Positions 1 to 14,679 of a stretch of DNA of 64,000 nt are shown piece after piece. This DNA is from the human T2T-CHM13v2.0 reference genome, Homo sapiens, in NCBI RefSeq assembly GCF_009914755.1, contig NC_060934.1; one strand, written 5' to 3'. Below the pieces are notes generated by a model. The model was not told the origin of the DNA and ran no database searches. It worked only from the letters and a program-made list of their open reading frames with translations. The first letter of the stretch is position 1; the number at the start of each line of letters is the position of its first letter. A program made the position numbers and the translations under genes.

Positions 1-1083
1 GATGTGGAGAAACTGGATCTCTCCTATATTGCTGATGCAAGTGCAAAACGGTACAGCCACTCTGGAAAATGATTTTGCAGTTCCTTAAAAACTAAGCATA
101 TGCTTACCATGTGACCCAGCAATTTCATTCTTGGGTGTTTATCACAGAAAAATGAAGGCTATGTTCCCATAAAAATCTGTACATTATTGTTCATAACAGC
201 TTTATTTATTTATTTATTTATTTATTTATTTTTGATACAGAGTTTCACTCTTGTTGCCCAGGCTGGAGTGCAATGGCACGACTCAGCTTACTGCAACCTC
301 CACCTCCCGGGTTCAAGCAATTCTCCTGCCTCAGCCTCCCGAGTAGCTGGGATTACAGGTGTGCAACACCACACCTAGCTAATTTTGTATCTTTAGTAGA
401 TATGGGGTTTCACCATGTTGGCCTGGCTAATCTCAAACTCCTGACCTCAGATGATCCACCTGCCTTGGCTTTCCAAAGTGCTGGGATTACAGGCGTGAGC
501 CACCGTGCCAGGCCCATAATAGCTTTATTTGTAAAAGCCCTAAGCTGGAAACAACCAAAATGTCCCTCAACAAGTGAATGATTAAGCACACTGCAGTACA
601 TCTGTACCATGGGATACTACTCAGCAATAAAAAGGAATGGACTATTAATACACACAACAACTTGGATAGCTCTGAAGATCAATCTCGAAAGGTTACATGC
701 TATATGATTCCATGTACGTATCATTCTCAAAATGCCAAAACTATAGGGATACAGGATAGACATGTAGGACGTTAGTGGTTTCCAGGCGCTAAGGATGTTG
801 GGGGATGGGGTGGGGAGGAGTGTTTGAGACTACAAAGTGTAGCACAAGGGAGATTGTTGTGGTGATGGACTAGTTCCACATCGTGATTGCATTGGTAGTT
901 ACACAAATGTAACAAAATGGCATAGAGCTATACACCCACATTGTACCAATGTCAATTTTCTGGTTTTGCTATCGTAATATAATTGTGTAAGATGTAACCA
1001 TTGGGGGAAACTCGGTGAAGTGTACAGGGGGTCTCTTTGTACTATCTTTGCAACTTCCTATGAATCTTTATTTCAAAATAAAA
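1..1083 (+). mobile_element. Old L1 (L1M-type) 3' end, interrupted by an Alu
   Basis: Typical L1 ORF2-end/3'UTR text (ccactctggaaaa...gacccagcaatt...aaatgtccctcaaca), ending tatttcaaaataaaa. Confidence 0.8.
208..514 (-). mobile_element. AluS (Sp/Sq-like) with (TTTA)n tail
   Basis: Full dimeric Alu; target-site duplication cataa(c/t)agctttattt at 192-207 and 515-530. Confidence 0.95.
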
Positions 1084-1935
1084 AGCTTTTTGACAAATAA
1101 GTATTCAGAACATGATGTCCTTTTGTAAAATCTCTTAGCTTTATCTACAGGTGAATGTATCTGTGTGGAGAGGTATCTAGAAGGATGTTTACCTAGTTTT
1201 TGAGTGATTATTACTGAAAGGTGACATTGAGGAGTGATTTTCACTTTCTTCATATTCTATTCATTATTTGAGTTATTTTAATTTAACATCTAAAGTAGAT
1301 AAAAGGGCCCTGACAGACACTGGGAAGAGGGAGGGAAAATGGAAAGGACACATTCCATTTTGCCTTGGCCTGTGGTGGGCATGGACTATGGGTGATTGGA
1401 TGGATTTGAGGCCCAGAGCCCCAGGAGGGATTCTTGCCACTTTCATTATGAGATAGCCTCTCTGAAGAGCCCAGTACAGCACCAATTGCTTTCCTGATCA
1501 TTGATCAGGACAACTAATTTCCCAGGCAATTAACCTGCGTCATCCCCTCACCCCTCTTCACTATGCCCTTGAGAATGTCTCAGTTAATTAACTCAGATAA
1601 TTTCTAACTCTCACTTGAGCCAGCAATTCTTAAATTTAGTTTAAAACCCAAATTTAAAACAGACAATAGAGATCCTCCTGTCTTTTTAGACTGGTGGATA
1701 TTAACACTTCCAACTAGTAACAACACTAATAATGTAATCATAATTTTTTGATCCCCAGTGTGCTAAGTAATGTTACCAGCAACTCAATACATTATAAAAG
1801 GATCCTTTCATGCAGGTTAATTAGATAAACACATGGAAATCTGATGGCATTTTTCTTCATTTTGAAGAGCAAGGATTTGTTTTGATTTTCCCAGTGGGGA
1901 ATTTGTGTGTGCAGGATTATGATGTTAAGTTGAAC

Positions 1936-1938
1936 TGT

Positions 1939-1982
<44 letters not shown>

Positions 1983-1991
1983 TGTGTGTGT
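1936..1991. repeat. (TG)n microsatellite
   Basis: Long TG run with one interruption, read directly. Confidence 0.97.
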
Positions 1992-3189
1992 TTCTGTTAA
2001 GCCCAGCACTCTTTTGTGTCTTTTAAGATTGTCATGGTAGACATGGCAGGAAATGCTAGACCTTGAGTCCCAGTTCTTCCATTTCCTAGGTGCGTAATAT
2101 GCTCCTCTTTCCTCCTCTGTAAAATGGGACACACACCTGGCAGGGTTGTACCAAGCTCTAAATGAAACTACATGTGCAAAACTGAATCTAAAACAGTGTG
2201 GCCCACACAGTACTTTGGTTTTGCTCCACTTGTCTGAGGGTCCATCATCAAAGAAGACATAACAAGTCCATTGCCTTAAAGAAGTAAAAGTCTAGGTGCA
2301 AAGATGCAAAGGGCTCTAGTTGAGAGACTCAGGCAGCAGGTGCAGGTGCGTGGCTTGCAGAACTGACTGACTGTTCAATGAGTTGATAGGAAGCTTTAAT
2401 TGAATTGGAACTGGGTCTCAGCTTTATCCTGTGAGCCTGTAGAGAAGATGGGGGGCATCAAGAGACTCAAGGGGATTGCTCAGGCTCCGCTGTCACTCCC
2501 TAACCTTGAGCACGTCTTTTCCCATGGAGGGGGCTCCTTATCTGTATAAGGGTGGAAAGAGAAGCTGGCACTCCCTTGCTGCCTCCCTCCTAGCATGGCT
2601 ATGAGAGGCAGCACTTGTGAATGGCTCCTCAGTTGGGGTGCCTTGCAGACATGCCAAATGAGGGTGATGCGGTGACTGACAGAGCCATCTCCAACCCACA
2701 GGTTCACAGATGGTAGGATGAGGGCTGTGCCCCACCTCCAGACTCCCTCTTCCTGGGATTCTAACCTGCTTCCCTGGCTTGCTGATGTCAGTTTCATCTT
2801 CACTAATGAAGCAAATGATGTTCTTTCTTTCCCAGAAGGAGGTTGGTGGCTGCAAAAGGACAGCCCCACCTCAGGATGGGAGGGCACCTGGGCTGATGTT
2901 CTTCTCCAGTGGCAGCTTGGAGTGGGCACTTCCTCTGGTCCACATAGCCCCAGAATGTTTGCCTTTGTTACCAAGATAGGCCCGGATGCACTTTCAAAGA
3001 AACCAGAAGCTGCTTCTCTTCAGGAACTTTGTTACCCTGGTTACCTGGCAGGGACATCTGTCTGCCACAGGGGGAGGCCCTTGATGGTAACTAGTGCTTT
3101 AAACACACCACAGAGGCCAGACCAGTGGGGTTGGCCTCAGGGCCACAGGAGAACAGTCATTTACCACTATGTCTATCCTGTCTTGCATT

Positions 3190-3405
3190 CAGTGACTCAT
3201 TCTCTCCATTCATTGTTCATTCATTCAGGCACTCATTTGCTCCTTGGTTTTATTCAACTATCAGTTTGGTCATCCATCCATTGATTCATTCATTCAGTTA
3301 TTCAGTTAGACATTCATTTGTCCACCAATCTTCTCATTCATCCATCCCTCCATCCACCCATCTCCCCATTCCTCCATCCACCCACCCATCCATCCTTTCA
3401 TTTGG
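3190..3405. repeat. Degenerate (TTCA)n/(TCCA)n low-complexity tract
   Basis: Repeated cattcatt / catccatc / cacccatc units. Confidence 0.75.
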
Positions 3406-3499
3406 TCAGTCAAGAATTAAACTAGCCAGGCAATCAATAGATGCATATGTACTCCAATATCCAAAGCACTGTCTTTTGGGAGCAAGGAGGGAAGGGCAC

Positions 3500-3940
3500 T
3501 AACATCCATTGCCAGATTACTATGTGCCAGGTACAGTGCCAACCTCTTAACGTATTTGATTTTCACATTAATCCCAGAGGCAAGTATTATGCTTCCCACC
3601 TACAGAGGAGGAAAGTAAGGCCAGAGAAACTGGATGACCTGTCTAGAGACAGTCAACCAGTAGGAGACAGAGCCAAGGTTCCAACCCAGGTCTTCCTAGC
3701 TCTTTAGCCCATGTCTTTTCCAGTTTCTGTTTATCATCACTATCTACAAAGTGCTTTGGTATTCCTGTGATACTTACCACAATCCTGGGAGATGCATCAT
3801 ATTGCCCTACTGTGCAAATGAGGAGAGCGTGGCTCAGGGAGGTTGTGAGATGCTGGAGGCCACACGGTGGCTAAGGACAAAATTAGAACTTGAACTCAGG
3901 TCTTCTGAATGCAAAGGTTTTGTTCTTTCCACAGCATTGT
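3500..3940 (-). mobile_element. MIR/L2-tail remnants (two MIR-like cores)
   Basis: tactatgtgccagg, acagaggaggaaagtaaggccagaga and gaactcaggtcttctga motifs. Confidence 0.6.
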
Positions 3941-5436
3941 GTGCTCCAAGAATTAGCCACATGGAGTAGCAAGTTCTGAGTGGCTCTGTTTACTGGGTAT
4001 ATGGGAAAGAACCCTGGGTTCTTGGGAGGGGGTGATGATCATGTGCTGGGGGCAGGGGAGGATTTATAAAGGAGAGAGAGCCAAGCCAGGCTTGAAGGAC
4101 TAGGGAATGTTGCCAGGTGGAGAGCACTCCAAATGAGGCAGAGGTGTAGAGTCTGTTTAGGGGTTTGGCTACAGCAGGACACCTGTGTTGGGCAAAGGAA
4201 GATGGAATGTAGGTGGGGCCTCACCTTCCAGAAAGACTGCTCAAAGAGTCCAGGGGACTTAAGTAATCCACAAATCTGACTGTGTCTCTCTCTTATCTAA
4301 AACTCTTCAATATCCCCTCTCCATTTCTTCAGGATAAAACCCACACCCTTTGCCTGGTTTACAGGGCCCTCTGTCCCTGTCCCTCTGTCTGTGCACCTGG
4401 CCGACCCCCAGCAGCCCTGCCCACAGGGCATCCTACCTCTAACATGTCTGTGTAGGTGCCTGGATGCAGTGGCTTCTCCCAGCAGTGACTCAGGGAGCAA
4501 CTTTTGTTTCAAGGAACCGTATGGGCAGGCCCGCCACTCCCTGGCTGGCCTCTTCCATCCAAAACAAACAGTCTGGCAGGCAGCATGTGGGCCCCAGAAT
4601 TAAGAGAAGGGCATTTCAGGATAACCAGGAGAGCTTCCAGAGAAAAGCTCACTTGTCGTTAGGAAGTAAAGATGCTGAACCCAGAAACAGGCCTGGGCAG
4701 GCGTGGGTGTGTAACTCCTCTAATGGCCCAATAGACACCATAATAAAAGCCACTTACTGAGCACTTATTGTGTTCTAAGTCCCATCTTCACAACTTCTAT
4801 GCAGCAGAGGGATCATTTGCCCAAGGAGGAAACCGAAGCTCAGAACCCTTTAGCCGGTGGCTCAAAGTTCCACAAGCCAGCAAGCAGTCGATTTGAACTC
4901 GGGTTTGTCCGGCACCAACAGCACCCTTTGCAACAGCATCATGGGCCAAAGAGCTTAGATCGCAGAGATGTGATCATTTAGGTCTTTGCAAAAGATCAAT
5001 CATTTTCATATTTTTAGAGCAGTTTTCCTAAACAATGTGCCAATCATATCTTCAGGACGAAAAGCCTAAATGGATGGAGAACTATTGAACCAGGACATTA
5101 GGCTTTCTGAGTGGTGCTGCTGGGTTGCCATACTGGATTGAGAACTATACTGATGGGCTTATTTAATTGACAAGAGAAAGGACAAGAGAAATCAGAGAAG
5201 GAATCCCACAATGAATCCCAGAATGGTCCCCTTTGACCAGCTTTCTGGGCAGCTCCACATTCCCCAGTGGAAGGGGGGCAGTAATGGAGAGATCAGGGCC
5301 ATGTAGCAGTGCCCACGATGGAGCTCAGGGCCATGCCAGGACTCCAGCCGCCAGTCCCTTGTAGGTGGGCTCACTTATGCCCCACCTAGGGGCTCCATTC
5401 TCCCAGGCTCTTAAGCCCATCTCCACAGGGGCCATA

Positions 5437-5771
5437 TGGGGCTCAGCATCTGATGTGAAGCCTAGGGGCTTAGAATTAAGTCACCTGGAGCTGCTACCAG
5501 GAGTGAGCCCTGGGCAACTGCACATCACATTCAAGCTGAGTTTGTTCCACTGGATTTCCTGTCAGACTGTCCATAGGGGTCTCCAGTCCCTTTCCAGGCC
5601 TGGGGCTCAGCATCTGATGTGAAGCCTAGGGGCTTAGAATTAAGTCACCTGGAGCTGCTACCAGGAGTGAGCCCTGGGCAACTGCACATCACATTCAAGC
5701 TGAGTTTGTTCCACTGGATTTCCTGTCAGACTGTCCATAGGGGTCTCCAGTCCCTTTCCAGGCCTGGGGCT
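5437..5771. repeat. Perfect 164-bp tandem duplication (2 copies + 7 bp)
   Basis: 5437-5600 reads identical to 5601-5764; TGGGGCT at 5437, 5601 and 5765. Confidence 0.95.
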
Positions 5772-6194
5772 TGCCTTGTTTCTGCCAACCTCCCTTCTGA
5801 AAGCCAGATTTGCCCCCAGGCTCATCCACCATGCCACTATCCCTTGATGACCCCCGCCCCCATCGCCCCATCTCTCATCCTGGACACTGTACTAGTGGCT
5901 GACACTATTGAGGTAATTAAGACATGGTGCCTGCTCTTGAGGAAATCATGATCCCCAGGGGAAAACACCACTATAATCTAAAAATGGGGAGCAGTGGGGT
6001 TGCAGAGGAGAGAGGGCCACTTCTGTAAGCTCAGAAAGATGTCTCAGAGTCAATGAGTTTTGATTGGAGTTAATGTTTGTGTTCTGGTGTAGGCAGATTT
6101 TATTTGTGGGAGGTTAGGGGGTGGGGTGGGGCTGAAGGAAAAACCCACTCTGGGCAGAGGAAGCAACGTGAAAAAAGACACAGGAGAGGAAACA

Positions 6195-6935
<741 letters not shown>

Positions 6936-6949
6936 TTCTTTTTTAAGGC

Positions 6950-7340
6950 AGGGAACCTGGAATAGCTGGGGTGTGGGGAACTCCAGGCAGTTGGGTTAGA
7001 CTGAAACAAAGGGTCTGAAAGCTTAGAGGCCCAGGGAGAGTTGCGGCAAGGAGCTTGGATTTTATTCTGAGGCAATTGGGAGCCATTGAAGGCTTTTAAG
7101 CAGGATAATGGCTTTATCAGGTTTGTATGGGAAAATGATTTTTCTGGAGAGAGGCTGGTGAGGAGTCCAGGCACAGATGGGAGGACCTAGGAAAAGTGAG
7201 ACAGAGAGGATTGATGGATTCAAAAGATGTTTAGGAGTCAGAATTGGCAGGACTTGGTCTCTCACTGGATATGGGGAAGGAAGACGGGAAGGAGTCAAAG
7301 GTGGTGATCAGGCTTCTGTATGGGTGACTAGGAACTGGCA
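6950..7340 (-). mobile_element. L2 fragment
   Basis: ggattttattctgaggcaattgggagccattgaaggcttttaagcagg is typical L2 text. Confidence 0.65.
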
Positions 7341-7739
7341 GAACTGAGATGAGAACTCCTAAGGGGCTTGGCTTTGCCAGGTGCTACCCTCAGGATGCTG
7401 ACTGCTGTCTCCAGGGCTTCTCCAGGTACTGACAGCAGCTTGGAGTTTCTCTGCTTTTGGGCTGTGGTGCTTCAGACCACCTACATGCTCTCCCTGGAGC
7501 CAGCCTGAGGGGCTTTGCCAATTCCTTCTGCTCCCTCTCAGTGGTGCTAAGATGCTAAAGTCATGCCCAGTTTCTGGCCCAGATCTGTCCTTGTTCTGAC
7601 AGGAAGGCAGACAAATACTAAGCATCCAGGGAGAGGTATCATGGGAAGATTCCTGGACCAGGAGTGGGGAGCTCCGAGTTTGACTTTGACTCTTTCTCCT
7701 CTTATCTTCAGTTTCCTGTCTGTAAACAGAGGCAGATAA

Positions 7740-8590
7740 GATCCTTGGGTCCCAGCCCTGGCTTTGCATTAGCATCATCTGAAGGTCTTTTAAAACTACT
7801 GATGCCACAGTGAGATTCCATTACACATCTACTAGAAAGGCTAAAATAAAAAGGTTGGCAGTATCAAATGCTGGTGAGAATTTGGAGCAACTGGAACTCT
7901 CATACACTGCTGGTGGGAGTAAAACTGGTGTACCAATCTGGAAAACAGTTTCACTGCTTCTTATAAAGCTAAATGTACTCTTACTATATAACCCAGCAAC
8001 TCCACCCAATATCCAAGAGAAAAGAGTACAATTGTCCACCAAAGACTTGCATAAAAATGTTCATAGCAGCTTTATTCATAATAGCTCAAAACTGGAAATT
8101 CAAATGTCCGTCAACTGGAATATAGACAAATTGTGCTTTGTGTGCAAAAGAGAATATTACACAGCAATACAACACACATTGACGAGGATAAATTTTATAG
8201 ACACAATGTTGAGCAAAAGAAGTTAGATCCAAAAGAGTATAATACATACTGTGTAATGACAATTATATGAAGTTCAAGAACAGACAGAACTAATCTATGT
8301 AGCTAGAAATCAGAATAGTGGTTACCTCTGGCTGCCAGAGCTAGAGGAAGCCTTCTGGGGTGTTGAAATGTATCTTGCCCTGGATGATGGACACATAGTT
8401 TATTGAGCTTTATACTTAAGAGTTGTAGGCTTTACTATATTTAAGTTATACCTCAAAACAAAGCAAAAAGAAAAGAAGGAAAAAATAATAGTAATCCCAG
8501 TTTCTTGTGACCAGAGATTCAGATTGGGCTGGGGTAGGGTCTTAAGAATTTTTTTAAAGCACTCCCAGTAGTTCTAATGTGAAGCATATT
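7740..8590. mobile_element. MER5-type hAT MITE split by an L1ME 3' fragment (L1 ~7809-8490, + strand)
   Basis: Left MER5 half (gcattagcatcatctgaaggtcttttaaaactactgatgcc) and right half (ccagagattcagattgggctgggg...ttctaatgtg) flank L1 text that ends in an A-rich tail. Confidence 0.7.
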
Positions 8591-10002
8591 CTAATGTGCG
8601 TGACACCCATGAGAGCAGTCCCTCTTAAAGACCTTCTTTCCCCAAGGATCCAGGACTTGGTGCAGGAGAAGTCTGCTGCTAGGCTTATCCTGGAATGTGC
8701 AGACTGCAGTTTCAGATAAGGAAATAGGTAGAAAGCTTTCTTTTACGTGAAGGAAGTTTTGCATGAAGTGCTGGTGCAGAGATGGCTGCTGGAGTCTCCA
8801 GCGTGGGAGCAGTCTGGCTCTGTCACCGTGCCGCCGCACTGGCTTCTCAGAGTCAGCCCCATGTGCACACCTGCACTGGCTGCCCTTGGCTGGGGACCAG
8901 GCTTGGCATCCCTTCTCAGCCCCTCGAAAGCCACGCCAAGGGGTCAGGAAAGCCGTGATTCGCATAACTTGCAATGGGACTGGGCAAATAATTGTGAATG
9001 GAATTCGTGCTTGTGACTTCTGGTTCTCACAGCTGCGGATGGGGGGGATCACCATGGGAATTCTGAGTATTGTTCAGCGCTGACTGCAGCTTCCATTGTT
9101 GGGCTCTGATTACAGCTTTTGTTTCACCATAAAGTACTGTTATTAAATGCCATTCAGGAACAAAGATGTACTTACATGCCAGGGGGTCAGGGAAGGCATG
9201 CTATTTCTAAAGCTGCCCCTGCTGTTAGTCTAAGGGCAGGTAGGTTGTAGGGGAAGGAGGGCAAGCTGGAGGTTTTAGATGAAAGTGAAATGTTTCTGAA
9301 GGAGCCAGACAAGATGGGAAATGATGATGTCATCACAGCCCTGCTCTAGTCTTCCCACGTCAGTTCATTTATACTTATTTATTTTTGGGCCAGGAGAGGG
9401 TGGGGGTCAGGTGCACAACCAAACATCTACTGCACATTAGAATCATTGGGAGTGCTTTTCAAAAGTCTTAGATTTGTGGGGAAACAAATTCAAGTGCCCC
9501 CTTAGCTTGGCGGCCTGAGCCCTTCCAAGTCAGGTCTCTGCTACGTCCCCAGCACCATATCCACACGGCCCTGTTCCCCCATTGCACCAAATTCCACGAG
9601 ATCCTACACCACAATCCCATCCCAGTCACCCTCATATGAACAAGGACCACAGCAGTCAAAGTACTTTTAGAACCTACCCACTGCCCATGTAAGAGACTCT
9701 GAATGTATTATCGCCTTGGTCAGGTGGGCTCAGGGAATCAGGCCGAACTAAATCATAGAAATGCTGACACTGATGGAGCCACTAATACCTGCCAGACCTT
9801 TGTTGCATTATTTTATTTAGGACTAATGATGGGGCTGTGAAGTGGGAACTATTGCCAGAGAAATGAGGTAACGTGTTTGAGGTCACCCAGCTAGTCAGGG
9901 CAGATGGACTCCAGGGCCCCAGCTTCTTACTTTCCTTTCCTGGGCTGGGGCCCATGACATCCAGACTCTCCTGGTGGAAGCAGTGACTTCTGTGCTTCTC
10001 TT

Positions 10003-10004
<2 letters not shown>

Positions 10005-10033
<29 letters not shown>

Positions 10034-10320
10034 GAGACGAAGTCTCACTCTGTTGCCCAGGCTGGAGTGCTGCAGTGAGGCGATCTCGGCTCACTGCAAC
10101 CTCCGCCTCCCAGGTTCAAACGATTCTCTTGCTTCAGCCTCCTGAGTAGCTGGGATTACAGGTGCCCGCCACCACACCCAGCTAATTTTTATATTTTTAG
10201 TAGAGATGGGGTTTCATCATATTGGCCAGGCTGGTCTTGAACTCCTGACCTTGTGATCCGCCTGCATCTCGCTCTCAAAGTGCTGGAATTACAGGCGTGA
10301 GCCACTGTGCCCTGTCTGGT
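10005..10320 (-). mobile_element. AluS
   Basis: Long pure poly-T followed by an antisense Alu. Confidence 0.95.
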
Positions 10321-11876
10321 AAGGGGAAGGGGTCTGAGGGTACAATTCCCCCAGGCCAAGGAGCTTGTGAAGCCCAAGATGGACTTGTTCCCAGATCCTC
10401 TCTCCCAGCTTTGTTTGCAAGGAGTCTTCACCTTCTAGAATGCTCCCTACTTCAGTGCTGCAATTAGCAACCCAAGTGTGGCCCTGGATGATCATCTTGA
10501 TTCAGAAAATCTTGTTTTTCAAGTTTTCACACCACATTGGAGCAAGAGTCCGTATGTTTGGATGACAGCAAGCATCCTGTGCTCTGCAATTTTAGGGTTT
10601 ACCACCATCCCAGGCCTGCCACATGTGGTCAGGGTAATTAATGTATGACCTAACTAGGGTGTAGATGCAGCTGGAACCCACCAGACCCCCAGAGATCATA
10701 GGGTTGCTGGGGACCTTTAGAACTCCAGTGGCTTTCAGCAACTTTAGATCCTGTCCAACCCAGATGTTCAGTGTTGGGCTCCCTTCCTTGTCTGATAATC
10801 CTAAGGCAGGAAAGACCTAGTTCTGCTCTCTACAAGTCTTGGAGGCAAGCATCTCCCCGGATGCCCAGTTTTTTGTTTTTTGTTTTTTGTTTTTTTTCCT
10901 GTGTGGGCCTGGAATTTGGGCTGGTTGCTGACTTTTTCAGAAATCCTATTCTTCCACCTTGGTAAGCATAAAATGTGGACAATCTTTCGTGGCACCTTCC
11001 TGAAGGAGGATTGTTCTGCCCCAGCCCTGGGATGCAAGAATTAGCTCCAGAAGGAGACTCCAGTCACCTGATTGGTAATCTGGGAAGGTCACTTAATCTG
11101 TGCCTGCTTGGGGTGATTACTGAGAATCATGCTTCCCCTCACTTGGTCATTGCCAGTTGTGAGGCAGGGTCAGAAAGCCAGCTCCGACTCTTCACCCACA
11201 GAAGCAACTCCACTGACTCGCTGCCTGGAGTTCTTGTGCCATTTTTACACTAAAAAATAGGGAAAAGCCGTTTTTAACTCTCTGCTACCCAGTTTCTGGA
11301 GGGGACACAAAAAGAACAAAGCCGGGTTCAGAGAGTGTTCAGTTCATGTTTAATTCTTGTTCTATCTTGGTTCTGATTTCTGGTTAGAACAGAGGTTTGC
11401 TTCTGGAGGTACTCCTTCTGCTTGGCTTCTGATGCTGGCTCTGTCCATAAAGGGGACTGTGGCATTCATCATTCAACACATACTTCTGTTGTAGGCACTA
11501 AGGATACAAGCAGGAACAAAACAAAATCCCTGGCCACGTGGAGGTTACAGTTTAGAGGGATATGCAGAAAAAAAAATATATATGCACATATATAATATGT
11601 ACAAAAGTGACCATTGCTAAGGGGAAAAAGATAATGCAGGAAATGCTGCAGACATCAAATATTAGAGAGGTGACTAGCATTCAGGAGCTTTCTGCGTGCC
11701 TCTGTACGCTGCTTTTTGTGTTGTCAGAGGGGCTGACGTCTGTCTGGAAGCCCCAGAGCCCAGCACTAAGCATATGGAAGGGGCCCAAGAGCTATTTTTG
11801 AATGAAACATCAACGTACTTCACACGTGCAAAGCATGATGATAATGATGACAGTGATACTTTAAAGGTAAACTGCA

Positions 11877-12182
11877 GGCTGGGGCAGTGGCTCACACCTG
11901 TAATCCCAGAACTTTGGGAGGCTGAGGAAGGGGGTAGATCACTTGAGGTCAGGAGTTCGAGATCAGCCTGACCAACATGGAGAAACCCTGACTCTACTAA
12001 AAATACAAAAATTAGCCTGTCATGGTGGCAGGCACCTGTAATCCCAGCTACTTGGGAGGCTGAGGCAGGAGAATCACTTGAATTCAGAGGCAGCGGTTGC
12101 AGTGAGCTGGGATTGTGCCACCACACTCCAGCCTGGGCGACAGAGCGAGACTCTGTCCCTTCCGGCAGAAAAAAAAAAAAAA
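11877..12182 (+). mobile_element. AluS
   Basis: Full Alu with A tail; TSD-like gtaaac(t/a)gc on both sides. Confidence 0.95.
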
Positions 12183-12624
12183 GTAAACAGCTAAACTATA
12201 GATCCTTGAATTCAGACTCCTCCTTTTTCTTCAGATGAAAAGTAGCCATGGAATATTCCAGCATTCCTCAGTGTCTTCAGTGAGTCCTGAGTGTTCTTGG
12301 TTTGCTCCCAGACTGTAATTTCCCTGTACTATTTTTTTTTTAAATAACACTGAAAGCACTGTTATGTAATAAACCTCTGCATCCAAAAAAAAAGAGGCTG
12401 GAAGAAAAGCAGAGAGCTTTTTTTTTTTTGTCTCTGTATTTATTGGCTGATCGGGAGCTATGAAGTTCTGGTTATACTGCAACCTCAAAGCAGTCCTGGG
12501 ATTATCTTGTTGTGTGTCCTTGGGCAAACTGAGTTACTTTTCTGGCTTTCTTTACTGTATGTAAATATGGCTCTCAATGATAAACAGTTTTGGGGACTTG
12601 TTATGCAAAAAGAACAAAGGAGCA

Positions 12625-13099
<475 letters not shown>

Positions 13100-14679
13100 T
13101 AGCACTGACAAGCTAGAGACTCCTTCCAGACCTTCTAGCCAGGGAAGGCAAACTCAAATGCCTACAGGGATAAGACAGGTGACACCTAGATTTTTATTTT
13201 TAAATGTTAACCACACATTCAGTTAAATCAACAAAAACCCACTGTGTGGACCAAAGGAAACAATCTGCTCTGGCTACTTTATAAACTATAGTGAGGCCAA
13301 ACCCTTTCAACCATTATACAGATGAGGACCCCAAAAGGGACAGATGTCAGCAAGGCTGCATAGCTAAGGTTTCTCAAAAGATAACCAAAATATCACGTTG
13401 GATGAAAGGCAATTGAAAATGCTAAGTCTCAAAGAGGCAGTCAGAGAGCCGTTCTATGCAGTTTGCAAGATGTTTTCACCTCCATCAATTTATCAGACTC
13501 TGAGAACATTCTGCAAGGCAGGCAGGGTGGATGACACTCATTTACAGTCGAGGTCACTGAGGGTCAGAAGGGCAAAGTGTCACTCTCTGCATAAAGTCAC
13601 ATAGGTAAGTCTACACAGGAAAATCTAGGGCTGTTCTTCACTACACCTCTGATTCAGATAACAGGTAGGCTTCCTCTAAGATTTTAATAAAGACAAACTC
13701 AAAATCCTGTATGATGCCCCATGAAGAGAAACAAGTCAGGAGGCCAGGCTGAGCGCCCAGACTTCTAACCCAGTTCGCAAATAAAGAAAGTGGCAAAGTA
13801 GATAGATTCCAGCCTGTCACCAGGGTTGTGTCTTCTGTCCTAGCAGCTGTACAGCTTGTCTTACCACTGGACATTTGTTTCATGTACATTTTCACATAGG
13901 AAGGATATTCTAAAAGATGTTGATAAAGATTTTTTAAAGGGTTTGAAGGGGATAGGATGTGATCTAAGGTTGTGCAAGGAGAGGAAAGGAAGAAGCACAC
14001 AAAAAGAACAAATATTTATTAAGAGCCTAGAGTGGCATGCGCTGTGAAAGGCGTGGCATGTAATTCTTTCCCAGTTCTTTGCCTGTCTGAATATTTCTCA
14101 TTCTTCAGGTTTCAGCTCAGATATCACATCCTCAGAGAACTTGCCTTGCCACTCTCTCTGAAGAGCCTCCCCCCGTCCCCGCCACCGCTACTGTCTCTTG
14201 AACTTTCTCAGTCTGGCCATTCTATTAAAATCTGGAACGATTTTGCTAGTTTGCGGACGAGTTTCCCCCAAGCTGCAGGCTCCATAAGGGCAGTGACAGT
14301 GTCTCTTTCTCAGATGAATGCCGGGTTGCCTATCGCGTACTTGGCACACAGTTAAGTGCTCGAGAAATTGCTAAACACTCAACGAATATTTACCAGAATA
14401 CATATTTATGCTCCACCGTTGCTGAAAGAATTTCGACTAACCCTTCTTTAAGTCTCTCTTACCCTCCTGTACTATTAACACCATTGTAAGTAGGCAGTGG
14501 AGCTACATTTGCAGGGAGAGAGAAGAGCGAAAAATTGGCGCGCAGAGCTGTAAAGCGTTTTTCTCCAGGTCACACCGCAGCCTGTAAATTTGTGACACTT
14601 GGACCGATTATGGGACAGCTTGCAAACAAATTATCTGCAAACTAACGAAGCCTATTTTTAAAGATCCCTGTTCCTCGCA

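Noticed and set aside
187-610. Alu-derived ORFs, here and at most other Alus
   Set aside because: Stock Alu translations (for example [13 protein letters not shown]); no exon context.
2480-3502. ORFs of 105-188 aa upstream of the gene
   Set aside because: No recognisable domain or splice structure; they partly run into a low-complexity TCCA tract.
5365-5951. Two ORFs sharing an identical peptide; possible array or gene duplication
   Set aside because: A by-product of the 164-bp tandem duplication. Two copies with no spacers, so not CRISPR-like.
7810-8226. 138-aa ORF resembling the L1 ORF2 C-terminus
   Set aside because: Decayed L1ME fragment with a GTG start; not an intact gene.
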